Source: an uncultured virus (IMG/VR IMGVR_UViG_3300035505_000652) (Duplodnaviria; Heunggongvirae; Uroviricota; Caudoviricetes). From it: DNA of 64,000 bases. The notes beneath the pieces were generated by a model. It did not search any database, had not been told where the DNA came from, and saw only the letters and a list, made by a program, of their open reading frames with translations. Shown one piece after another: positions 41,501-49,218 of the stretch. The stretch's first letter is position 1. Each line of letters begins with the position of its first letter. Location: IMG/VR virus record IMGVR_UViG_3300035505_000652; one strand, written 5' to 3'. A program made the translations under genes and the position numbers.

Positions 41501-42572
41501 CGTCATTGTCTGGGTCTGCAAGGGCATAACCTTCTGGGATTTGGGATACAGTCATGGGAATAGTTTGGAGAATGACACCATCTGCCTCGGCTTCGCCTTT
41601 AGCATCTGTTGTCATGTTTGAAACTTTTCTCACATCAACATAATTCGCCCCAAAAGTTGTTCCCATTGAAATTTGACTTGCAGCATATCCATCATCATCA
41701 CCATACCAAGTTGAAAAAGAATCTCCTAACATTTTCTTAGCGCTATCTATTTGTTCTTGCGTGATAGCCAAGCTTTCATCTACATTAGGGGAAACAACCA
41801 CGCCTTCAACATAGTTGCCTGTTTGGATAAAGCTTCCATCTACAGTGGTTGTTGGGCCTTCGCTTGTGCCCTCAACTTCAACAGCTACAACTTTTACATT
41901 GCCTGTTGAAACGGAACTGCTTGGTTTCTTTATTGTTTCAGCACATTCAACGTCAATGCTTGTCATTCTCCCACTTTTTACTTCAAATGGAATATGCTGG
42001 TAATAACCGCTTTCTCCAAATCCACCATCATCACCGTTTGCATATACCAATATATATTTACCAACTGGCAATTCAATGTATGTAGGCTTTCCTGTATCAA
42101 TACCAACCTCAGCATCATATTCCTTGACATTTCCTTTAGCATCAACCCAAATTTTATCATCCCAACCAATTGTATGGAATGTTGTAACATATGTTGCATT
42201 TGATAAATCATAATTATCTGCAGCCTCGCCATTGATTGTGGAAGATTTTTTGCTGCTAGAGATTTCATCATCATCAGATATTTTATAAACTTGTACTTGA
42301 CGATTAATATAGCCGGTACCACCACCTGAAGCATCTTGTATTTGAAGCGAAAGACCAGTGTTTGTTGTAATTTTTTTATTCGTTCTACAATCATTAAGCT
42401 CCCCGTATGTAACCTTATCTGCATTTTCAGCAGTCATATGTTGTTCTATAATTGCTTTGTTTGATGCAGATTGAGATGCTGCATATACAACAACGCTTCC
42501 CATTTGAGCCATGGCAGGCGCCATTACTGTTGAAGCTGCAAGCATTGCAGCTGTCATTTTTTTCTTACTCAT
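38571..42572 (-). CDS. Sortase-anchored surface protein with CnaB/SpaA-type repeats (1333 aa)
   Basis: Signal peptide. Eight conserved 89-aa repeats plus about two diverged ones (GDLDVIVRDKDTKDPIPNATVEI...TDENG...LPxGDYTIKVTEVPDGY...FELEK). C-terminal VQTGD, hydrophobic stretch and Lys-rich tail. Confidence 0.9.
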   Translation of the reverse strand: MSKKKMTAAMLAASTVMAPAMAQMGSVVVYAASQSASNKAIIEQHMTAENADKVTYGELNDCRTNKKITTNTGLSLQIQDASGGGTGYINRQVQVYKISDDDEISSSKKSSTINGEAADNYDLSNATYVTTFHTIGWDDKIWVDAKGNVKEYDAEVGIDTGKPTYIELPVGKYILVYANGDDGGFGESGYYQHIPFEVKSGRMTSIDVECAETIKKPSSSVSTGNVKVVAVEVEGTSEGPTTTVDGSFIQTGNYVEGVVVSPNVDESLAITQEQIDSAKKMLGDSFSTWYGDDDGYAASQISMGTTFGANYVDVRKVSNMTTDAKGEAEADGVILQTIPMTVSQIPEGYALADPDNDENFNFVVEKDGTVTQYIELYKIPEEDDSKNQEPQEVAQSIQVVVKDRTTDKAIAGAEFEVKEKEDADFSYTGTSKSGDADQKAVLAGTYTASLVSVPEGYKINTETCTETLEAATTDGKVTTLYLYVDLADKEECALTVIVKDKDTGEFIEDVTVEVLPDNADKFDLTTNTDGTDSVDGLEPNHFTVSVTDVPDGYELPEAQDDTISNGQNKTFIFEVEKSKGSLDIVVYDKDDPTIKIPNATVEIYDKNRELVDTVVTDENGEASKDKLPIGDYTLKVTDVPQGYSTPDDQTKTVNKNENTHFEFELEKGVGDLLVTVQDKETKEPIPNATVEIIDKEGNVINTVKTDENGQVSEKDLPLGDYTIKVTEVPDGYSKPDDETATVKKNEETSVVIELEKATGDLDVIVRDKDTKDPIPDATVEIIDKDGNVIDTVKTDENGKVEKDKLPPGDYTIKVTEVPDGYNKPDDQTVTIIPDDTKEVIFELEKNTGDLDVIVRDKDTKDPIPNATVEILDKDGKVIDTVKTDENGKVEKDKLPAGDYTIKVTEVPDGYNKPDDQTVTIEAGDKKEVIFELEKAVGNLDVIVRDKDTKKPIPNATVEILDKDGKVVLTTTTDTNGKVSKDKLPAGDYTIKVTEVPNGYVIPDNQTATVKNNETTTTIFELEKGYGNLDVLVRDKDTKDPIANATIEICDKDGNVVLTTTTDSKGKYTKENMAIGSYNVKVTKVPDGYSRPADTPCTVEKGKTTSLIFEVEKGVGNLDVLVRDKDTKEPIPNATVEILDKDGNVVATTKTDANGKVVKNDLTIGEYTIKVTEVPDGYNKPDDQKATVEKSTTTNVIFELEKNTGALDVIVRDKDTKDPIPNATVQIVDEDGNVILTTTTDENGKVSKDKLPVGDYTIKVISVPEGYKAPSDQTITIKNNVKTTVIFELEKNKTTAVQTGDNNNIFAMAGAGMTAIAGMFLSLKKFKIHKNKED
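38700..40840 (-). repeat. 267-bp tandem coding repeats (8 units)
   Basis: Near-identical units with a 267-bp period, e.g. 39895 vs 40162. Confidence 0.85.
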
Positions 42573-42883
42573 TAAGAATATTTCCTCCTTTTAAAATATA
42601 TATAAAATTGGTTCTTTTTGTTTCAACAAAAAGCTTTTAAATAATATTTTAAAGGCACATTTAAATGCCTTTAATTGTTTTTAATTTAAAATGGATGATT
42701 TCTAATGTTAAATTTAAAGACAAATATCCTCCATTTTAAAAGCTTAAAAACTTTTCTCTTATAGAATACTCAAAAAATATGCAAATTATAATTTAATTTA
42801 GAATGATAAAATTACCCTTTGCATAAAATAAAAATAAATATACATAAAAGGAAAAGAGATTTTATTAAAAAAAAAGGAGGAAA

Positions 42884-43495
42884 TTGAATATGATAAATTT
42901 AATCAAGAGATATATGAAGTACGATATAAGGAAGATAAAAAAGACAAACAGAAGGATGAAGAAGGCATGTTTGAATATAAAGGATGTCAACATCTTTTGG
43001 GATTTGGACAATACCTTATATATGTTTTGTGAAAAAGGCAAGGATAAGGAAGCCGTAGCAAAAAGCATGGAGGAAGGATATTATTACAACATTCCAATTT
43101 TTGACGGTGCGGCCGCATTCCTTAAATTCCTTATGGGGTTATGCCCAAATATCTACATCTTGTCCAAGTATCCAAGAACCGGCGCGGATATAGAAAAGAT
43201 AATGAGCATTGAGAGGGATATGCCGTTTTTCCCAAAAAAGAATATCCTTTTAATTGGACTTGATGAGGATAAGGGGGAGGTTATTAAGAGCATTTGCGAC
43301 CCAAGCAAGGCAATCATCATTGATGATTATTGTGCAAACATTGTGGATGCCTATAATCAGGGTGTTGTCGGTATCAAGAAGACCTATTCTGGCAAAAAGA
43401 GACCTTGTTACCAGATAAAAGAGTTTTATGATTTGCTTGATGTTTTTAAAAAGCTCAACATTTCCCTTGAACCAAAAATGGAAAAAATTTCATAA
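42884..43495 (+). CDS. HAD-superfamily 5'(3')-deoxyribonucleotidase-like protein
   Basis: IFWDLDNTL (DxDxT), YILS and IIIDDY motifs. Start codon uncertain. Confidence 0.7.
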   Translation: MNMINLIKRYMKYDIRKIKKTNRRMKKACLNIKDVNIFWDLDNTLYMFCEKGKDKEAVAKSMEEGYYYNIPIFDGAAAFLKFLMGLCPNIYILSKYPRTGADIEKIMSIERDMPFFPKKNILLIGLDEDKGEVIKSICDPSKAIIIDDYCANIVDAYNQGVVGIKKTYSGKKRPCYQIKEFYDLLDVFKKLNISLEPKMEKIS

Positions 43496-43572
43496 CTAAG
43501 AGCCATCATCCCAGATGGTTCTTTTTCTTGTTGTAATGTCATGGCAAATCCATATCTGCCATTTAGAAATCC

Positions 43573-43592
43573 ATATTCCCGTCAGGGAATAT
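43573..43592 (+). repeat. Dispersed hairpin repeat, short type
   Basis: ATATTCCC-GTCA-GGGAATAT followed by TTCATTAAAAATAAA. Confidence 0.75.
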
Positions 43593-44086
43593 TTCATTAA
43601 AAATAAATAACAAGGAAAGCTTTCAATATATTAAAATGAAAATCCTCATCCCTGTTCCAATAAGAATTTACTAAAGAGTGAAATTGTTTTAATAAGGAAG
43701 TAAAAGAAAAATATTAAAGGAGATGGAAAAGGAATAAATAAGGATATATACGATATATGATAAATGATAAATACAAAATACAAGATATAAGAGATATGGA
43801 ATGATTATTGTTGTTTTGGAAGCGTATAGTGCATATTCAATGATTGTGATTATTATATATAAATCTAAATTAAAATCTTGTATTTGACAATAAAGAAAAA
43901 TAAAAGATAAAGATAAGGATAAAAATAAAACAAGGATAGGATAAATTATAATTGTTATTCAAGTATAAGACTTCAAAAATTCTTCTTTAAGATTTTAAAT
44001 TTTCTCTTTTTTTCTTCCTTCTTTTTCATCATCATTGTTTTCTCTCCTTGGAATATTTAAAGAATTTAATAAATTTTAATTAAAGG

Positions 44087-44112
44087 ATAAATTCACATGG
44101 ATGTGAATTTAT
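44087..44112 (-). repeat. Dispersed hairpin repeat, long type
   Basis: ATAAATTCACA-TGGA-TGTGAATTTAT. Confidence 0.85.
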
Positions 44113-44275
44113 AATACAAGATTAACTAAAGAAACTATATGCTTGGATGATAATAAATTTTATTAAAATAAAAAAGGATGGGGAAAGTTGACTACCCATC
44201 CTTTTAAAATAAATTATAAATTGTATTTAAATTATTGACAGTCTAAAACCCAATTTTTTTTGCACTTTTAGACGA

Positions 44276-45571
44276 TTATTTTTTAGCTTTGGAGGAATCA
44301 GCATCTTCCTTGGTTGTTTCATCTTCGGTCGAGCCTTCTTCCTCATCTGTTAAGGTTTCTTCTTCAACTTCCTCTGGTTCTTCCAATAATTGGAATTTGG
44401 CATTCAAAGTATCCTCAATTGCTTTTGTAGTCTCGCTTGTATAAATCAATGAATTGAGGTAATCTCCCACCATGGTCTTTAATTCATCACTGTATACCAT
44501 TTCATTTGCTTCAATTGCAAGGGTGGTCTTTTCCAATACATCTGCAATAGTGGTATCTTCATTTGCTTCCTGTATTTCAATATATTTTTCCAAGATTTCC
44601 TCATTGAATGTGTTTGTTGAATCAACAAATTGGGTATGGGACAATCCAAGCAATAATTGGTAATAATAAACCAATGATGAGGTATATTTGTCTATCATTA
44701 TATTGTAATATTCTTCATCAAGCTTCAATCCGTCTTCTAACATATTAATCCTTGTAACAATTTCATCAAGGTCATAAAGGTTGTTGCTTGACAACAATGT
44801 TGTATTATTCATTTCATAATTATTAAACTCTATATAGGCAATCATGCTTGGGGATATATAATCCCTATATTTTTCCAAGAAATTTGACAAATCCAAGTCG
44901 ATATAGAAATCCTTGTTGTCATTGAGGCTGTTCATAAAGAAGCCCTTTTCCTTTACCTCCAACAAAAATCCCTTTACCGTTCCATAATTGTTTGGAATGC
45001 TTTCTATGCTTGTTTTGTCATTAACTGATATATTATAGGTTTCGACAACAGTTTCCAAATCATATCCGACAACGCCCAAAATGGAGTTCAAGTTATTCAT
45101 CAAATCATAAAGGGAGTTTATATATTTCTTAATCATCATATCCCTCTCCCTTAAATCAAAGCTTGCTATGTTGGAATCTATCAAAGTAACCAAGTCATCA
45201 AGCTCTTCTTTGTTTGTAACCTTCCTGTTGTCAATGGATTTCAAAACCTTGTTTTTTTCATCCTTGCTCATGACTTTAGCATCTTCAATTTTGCTTGCTT
45301 TTTCAATAGTGTTGCTTGTGCTGGCAATATCCTCGACAGCTTCCCTTGCTTCCTTTGTTGCAGTGGAGGCTTCCGTCTCTGCCTCGACTTCTATCTGATG
45401 GCTTGCATCTTTAGCTATAGTCATTACAGACGGGGTTTCATAATCCAATACCATTGCATTTTCATCTATATCCAATGAGACGGTTTCAATTTCATCTTCT
45501 GCGGCATTTCTGCATCCAGCAAGCGTCAATATCATAATGCCGGTTATTATAAGTAAAGAATGTTTTTTCAA
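44276..45571 (-). CDS. Acidic lipoprotein, unknown function
   Basis: TTG start with AAGGAAGGTG RBS. Lipobox LAGC at residue 20. Acidic C-terminal tail. Confidence 0.8.
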   Translation of the reverse strand: MKKHSLLIITGIMILTLAGCRNAAEDEIETVSLDIDENAMVLDYETPSVMTIAKDASHQIEVEAETEASTATKEAREAVEDIASTSNTIEKASKIEDAKVMSKDEKNKVLKSIDNRKVTNKEELDDLVTLIDSNIASFDLRERDMMIKKYINSLYDLMNNLNSILGVVGYDLETVVETYNISVNDKTSIESIPNNYGTVKGFLLEVKEKGFFMNSLNDNKDFYIDLDLSNFLEKYRDYISPSMIAYIEFNNYEMNNTTLLSSNNLYDLDEIVTRINMLEDGLKLDEEYYNIMIDKYTSSLVYYYQLLLGLSHTQFVDSTNTFNEEILEKYIEIQEANEDTTIADVLEKTTLAIEANEMVYSDELKTMVGDYLNSLIYTSETTKAIEDTLNAKFQLLEEPEEVEEETLTDEEEGSTEDETTKEDADSSKAKK

Positions 45572-45572
45572 A

Positions 45573-46499
45573 TTATTGCACCTTCCTTATTTCCAATTTT
45601 TTTATCTTGTTTCTGCTTACCTTTATATTATATGCAAATTTTTCCACGTTGAACAGTCTTAATGGTTCAAGCAGATGTCTTGGATAGTTTGGCATTATTA
45701 CAAACATCCTTATATTTTTATGGGGGTATCTTTTTTGTATCTCCATGGGGTAATATGCGCATTGCCAGACAATTCTTTTGTCTGCCTTTATCTTTAATTC
45801 TATTATAACTATTCCATCATTTGCATCTTTTGCAAGGATATCAATTCTTCCCTCATCAAGGATAATCTGCCTTCCCATATAGGTCAAACCTTCCTCAATG
45901 TCTTCAAGATGTTGTATGATGTAATCCTCCAAGTCATTTTCAAACACCCCTTCAATAACATCATCCTCTCCTAAAACCCAGCTGATTTCATCTTCCAAGG
46001 ATGGGTTTATTGATTGGGAGAAGCCTTTGATGGTTATATTCTTAATTTCATTGACATCATACAGTTCATTAAGCCTTTCCAATTTAAATAAAATCAAATA
46101 TTGCTTTTCCTTGTTTTTATTCTTTCCAAACATTATGCTTGAATATTTTTGCTTTGCATATTTGGAAATCCCAATTAATTCCTGTTCCACATCCGCTGTA
46201 TGGTTCAAGTGCCATGAATACAAGATGTTTTTAAGGTTGTTTATTGGGGGGATAAAGCCTATCTTGCATTTTTTGTATTCATAGGATGTTATATTAAGCT
46301 CATTGAATATAAAGTCAAAAAATATTTGGCAATTAATATCTGTATACTTATATGACTTGATTGGATTTTCCTTGTATTCCATAAAAATAAAAAACCTCTC
46401 CATAATGAATGGAAGCAGACTGTCGTCATCCAATCCAAACCTTCTTTTCAATCCCTTCCATAAAACCTCTTCCAATTCATCTTCATAATTTATATCCAT
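45573..46499 (-). CDS. NucS/EndoMS-like (DUF91) PD-(D/E)XK endonuclease domain protein
   Basis: C-terminal ENDLEDYI...GRQ...GRIDILAKD...IVIIELK...Q...Y. The N-terminal half is unrecognised. Confidence 0.7.
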   Translation of the reverse strand: MDINYEDELEEVLWKGLKRRFGLDDDSLLPFIMERFFIFMEYKENPIKSYKYTDINCQIFFDFIFNELNITSYEYKKCKIGFIPPINNLKNILYSWHLNHTADVEQELIGISKYAKQKYSSIMFGKNKNKEKQYLILFKLERLNELYDVNEIKNITIKGFSQSINPSLEDEISWVLGEDDVIEGVFENDLEDYIIQHLEDIEEGLTYMGRQIILDEGRIDILAKDANDGIVIIELKIKADKRIVWQCAYYPMEIQKRYPHKNIRMFVIMPNYPRHLLEPLRLFNVEKFAYNIKVSRNKIKKLEIRKVQ

Positions 46500-46549
46500 A
46501 TAAAATATTCCTTCCATTTTTAAACAATTATCAAACCTTTAAATTAAAG

Positions 46550-46578
46550 ATAGGGGGAGGCTTTAAGCCTTCCCCTAT
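46550..46578 (-). terminator. Hairpin after secE
   Basis: ATAGGGGGAGGCT-TTA-AGCCTTCCCCTAT directly after the secE stop. Confidence 0.6.
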
Positions 46579-46581
46579 TAA

Positions 46582-46767
46582 TTAAAACAAACTTAGTACT
46601 GATGCCATTAATAGGTTTATAAGCTCTATAAACCCTATGCTTATAATTGAAGCAACTGCGACTATTATATATTCTTTGCCGACCTGCTTTTTGCTTGGCC
46701 AAACAACGCTTTTAAATTCATTGACAAACTCAACCAAGAATGCTGGCTTTTTAAATTTTTTCTTCAT
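46582..46767 (-). CDS. secE: Preprotein translocase subunit SecE
   Basis: EFKSVVWPSKKQV (ExxKVxWP motif) followed by a single TM. GGAGGG RBS. Immediately downstream of secY. Confidence 0.85.
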   Translation of the reverse strand: MKKKFKKPAFLVEFVNEFKSVVWPSKKQVGKEYIIVAVASIISIGFIELINLLMASVLSLF

Positions 46768-46781
46768 TATAAAACCCTCCA

Positions 46782-48107
46782 TTAAAATAAGAAACTTGAT
46801 GAAGAGCTTTCAAGCTGCTCTGATTCAATTATCTTATATGTTTCCAAAATAACGCCTACAACAATTATAATTGAAGTTCCTCCAAATGAGAGGCTTGAAA
46901 CATTAAACAATGATGAAATAATCATTGGAATTGTAGTAACCACTATAAGACACACGCTTCCCACGTTCCTTAATGTTTTTAACTTCTTGTCAAGATATTC
47001 CTCTGTAGGCTTTCCAGGCCTAATTCCAAGAATTACCCCTCCAGACTTCCTTAAATTATCAGCAACCTCTTCTGGATTGAATACCAATGTCGAATAGAAA
47101 TAAGCAAATGCGAATATCAATACGCAATAAAGGATAAATCCAAGATTATATAATGGATGGGTTATCTGGAACCAATTGCTTGAAGATAACGCTTGTGAAA
47201 TCTTATAGAAGATATTGCTTGAATCTACTCCAATCAATGTGACTATCAATATATACATTTGGAATAAGCTGTTTGTAAAGATGATTGGCATAACTCCTGC
47301 GATATTCACTTTTAATGGGATAAAGTTGCTTGCCTTGCTTGTGAGGCTCTTCATTCCCTTTACCTGTGACGAATATTGGGTTTTAACCCTTTTCTCACCG
47401 TCTTGAAGATATATAATTCCAATCAATGTGATTGATACAACCAAGAAGCATACGACTATTGTGGCTATCCAGCCGATTATGCCGTTATCCTTTATAAACA
47501 TTTCATATATGGTGCTTATATCTCCAGGAAATCTTGAAAGGATGTTCATTAAAAGTATTAATGAAATGCCATTTCCAAGCCCTTTCTTGTCTATAAGGCT
47601 TCCAAGAAAGATTTCAACTATTGAACCTATAACCAATGAAACTGATACTATTGTAATATAAAATGCATTGTTTTCAACAAGAAGACCATATGAGGCAAAT
47701 CCCAAAGTGATTGGAATTGCTTGGATAATCGCCAACACTCCAGCTACTATGTAATTCAACCTTTTGTATTTATCCTGTCCAACCTTGCCGTCTTTTGCCA
47801 TTTCATCCAATGCAGGCACGATTACCCTTAACAATTGCAATACGATTGACGCTGAAATATATGGGGTGATGCCTATAACGAAAATGGACATTTGTGAAAA
47901 CGAGTTACCAGAAAACATTGCAAACAAGCCAAACGCATTTCCTGTCTCAGAATTTAAGAATTGTGTCAATATCTCCCTGTTTATACCAAAGGTGGGGATA
48001 TTTGACAATATTTGGATAATGAATAATATTACCAAAGTAAACAATATCTTATGGGTTAGTTCTTTGTTTGAAAAAATATTGCTCTTTTTAGTTCTTTTTA
48101 CTGACAT
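46782..48107 (-). CDS. secY: Preprotein translocase subunit SecY
   Basis: KILFTL, SIFVIGITPYISASIVLQLL, KGLGNGISL, IPLKVNIAGVMPIIF, GIRPGKPTEEYL, FGGTSIIIVVGV. Start set to MSVKR after GAAAGGA. Confidence 0.95.
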   Translation of the reverse strand: MSVKRTKKSNIFSNKELTHKILFTLVILFIIQILSNIPTFGINREILTQFLNSETGNAFGLFAMFSGNSFSQMSIFVIGITPYISASIVLQLLRVIVPALDEMAKDGKVGQDKYKRLNYIVAGVLAIIQAIPITLGFASYGLLVENNAFYITIVSVSLVIGSIVEIFLGSLIDKKGLGNGISLILLMNILSRFPGDISTIYEMFIKDNGIIGWIATIVVCFLVVSITLIGIIYLQDGEKRVKTQYSSQVKGMKSLTSKASNFIPLKVNIAGVMPIIFTNSLFQMYILIVTLIGVDSSNIFYKISQALSSSNWFQITHPLYNLGFILYCVLIFAFAYFYSTLVFNPEEVADNLRKSGGVILGIRPGKPTEEYLDKKLKTLRNVGSVCLIVVTTIPMIISSLFNVSSLSFGGTSIIIVVGVILETYKIIESEQLESSSSSFLF

Positions 48108-48280
48108 ATAAAAATTCCTTTCTTTTTTAATACTTATCAATATTATAGCAAAAAATTGCATAATAGTAAAGCTTTTTATGCATGATTAAGATTTTTTTAT
48201 TAAGAAAAAATTTTAGGGGATTGGAATATAAAAGAAAAAGAAGCTTGAAAAACAAGAAATTCAAGCCTCTTTGGGTTTAA

Positions 48281-48496
48281 TTAAAAACCATGTGGTCCTC
48301 TTGGTCTGCCGCCATGTCCTGGTCCTCCATGTCCATGTGGACCTCCCTGGCCTGGACCTCCTTGTGGTGGAGGTGGCATTCCTGGTCCTCCATGTCCATG
48401 TGGACCACCTTGGCCTGGACCGCCAAAGCCTGGTCCTCCCTGTGGTGGTGGAGGTGGTGTTCCTGGACCTCCATGTGGTCTGTGATTTCCAAACAT
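48281..48496 (-). CDS. 71-aa Gly/Pro/His-rich low-complexity peptide
   Basis: GAAAGGA RBS then MFGNHRPHGGPGTPPPPPQGGPGFGGPGQGGPHGHGGPGMPPPPQGGPGQGGPHGHGGPGHGGRPRGPHGF. A/T-ending Gly/Pro codons fit this frame. Confidence 0.6.
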   Translation of the reverse strand: MFGNHRPHGGPGTPPPPPQGGPGFGGPGQGGPHGHGGPGMPPPPQGGPGQGGPHGHGGPGHGGRPRGPHGF

Positions 48497-48636
48497 ATAA
48501 TCAAATCCTTTCTTATTTATTTTTTTCGCACACAAAATAATTATATGTGCTGCAATTAAATATTATCATTTAGAAGCATTTCAATCAATGTAAAAATTGA
48601 ATTATGTCATATAAAATTATTTTTAGTTTGTTAAAA

Positions 48637-49158
48637 TTATGCCAATCCTAAATGATTTTTCAAGGCTTGATTAAGTTCAACCATACCCTCTTCATTCAAT
48701 GTCGCTATCTTGTATCCCAATTGAGCCTTACTGACAGTCCTAATCTGCTCTGCCTTTGCAGTCCCGCTTACAGATTGTTCTGAATCTGCCTTAACCTTTA
48801 TTATTTTTGAATCATTTATTACAAATTGCGTCTTGAAGTTGAACTCCGCCCTTGTAATAGGGATTATGGTGGTACAATTGCTGTTGTCATTAAACTCATC
48901 ATAGGAAACTATAATGCATGGCCTAACCTTGTTCATAACATCCCCCACATTTATTCCAAGGTCAACGCTCCATATCTCCCCTTTCTTGGGGACAGCCTGC
49001 TTGTACATTCTTTCTTCAATATCATAACTTATAATCTTTAATGCCCACTTTTCCAAATCAACAATCTTATCCTTGTCTTTTTGATTCATATAAAGCATTG
49101 TTTCCAATTTGTGTTTTACTTTATTATGTTCAGTTAAATCAAATTCTGGTCTATCCAT
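48637..49158 (-). CDS. PemK/MazF-family endoribonuclease with N-terminal extension
   Basis: KKGEIWSVDLG.NVG...KVRPCIIVS...TTIIPIT...AEQIRTVSK. GGAGG RBS before MDRPEF. Confidence 0.85.
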   Translation of the reverse strand: MDRPEFDLTEHNKVKHKLETMLYMNQKDKDKIVDLEKWALKIISYDIEERMYKQAVPKKGEIWSVDLGINVGDVMNKVRPCIIVSYDEFNDNSNCTTIIPITRAEFNFKTQFVINDSKIIKVKADSEQSVSGTAKAEQIRTVSKAQLGYKIATLNEEGMVELNQALKNHLGLA

Positions 49159-49218
49159 TAATACGTCCTCCGTAAATCTCTCCCAATTGATAATGTTAAG
49201 ATGCAACCTTGTGGATTA

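Noticed and set aside
38587..42640. Plus-strand repetitive ORFs (up to 272 aa)
   Set aside because: Antisense shadows of the CnaB-repeat gene.
48277..48504. His-rich ORF in the alternative minus frame
   Set aside because: The overlapping Gly/Pro frame has the RBS-linked ATG and A/T-ending codons typical of this DNA.
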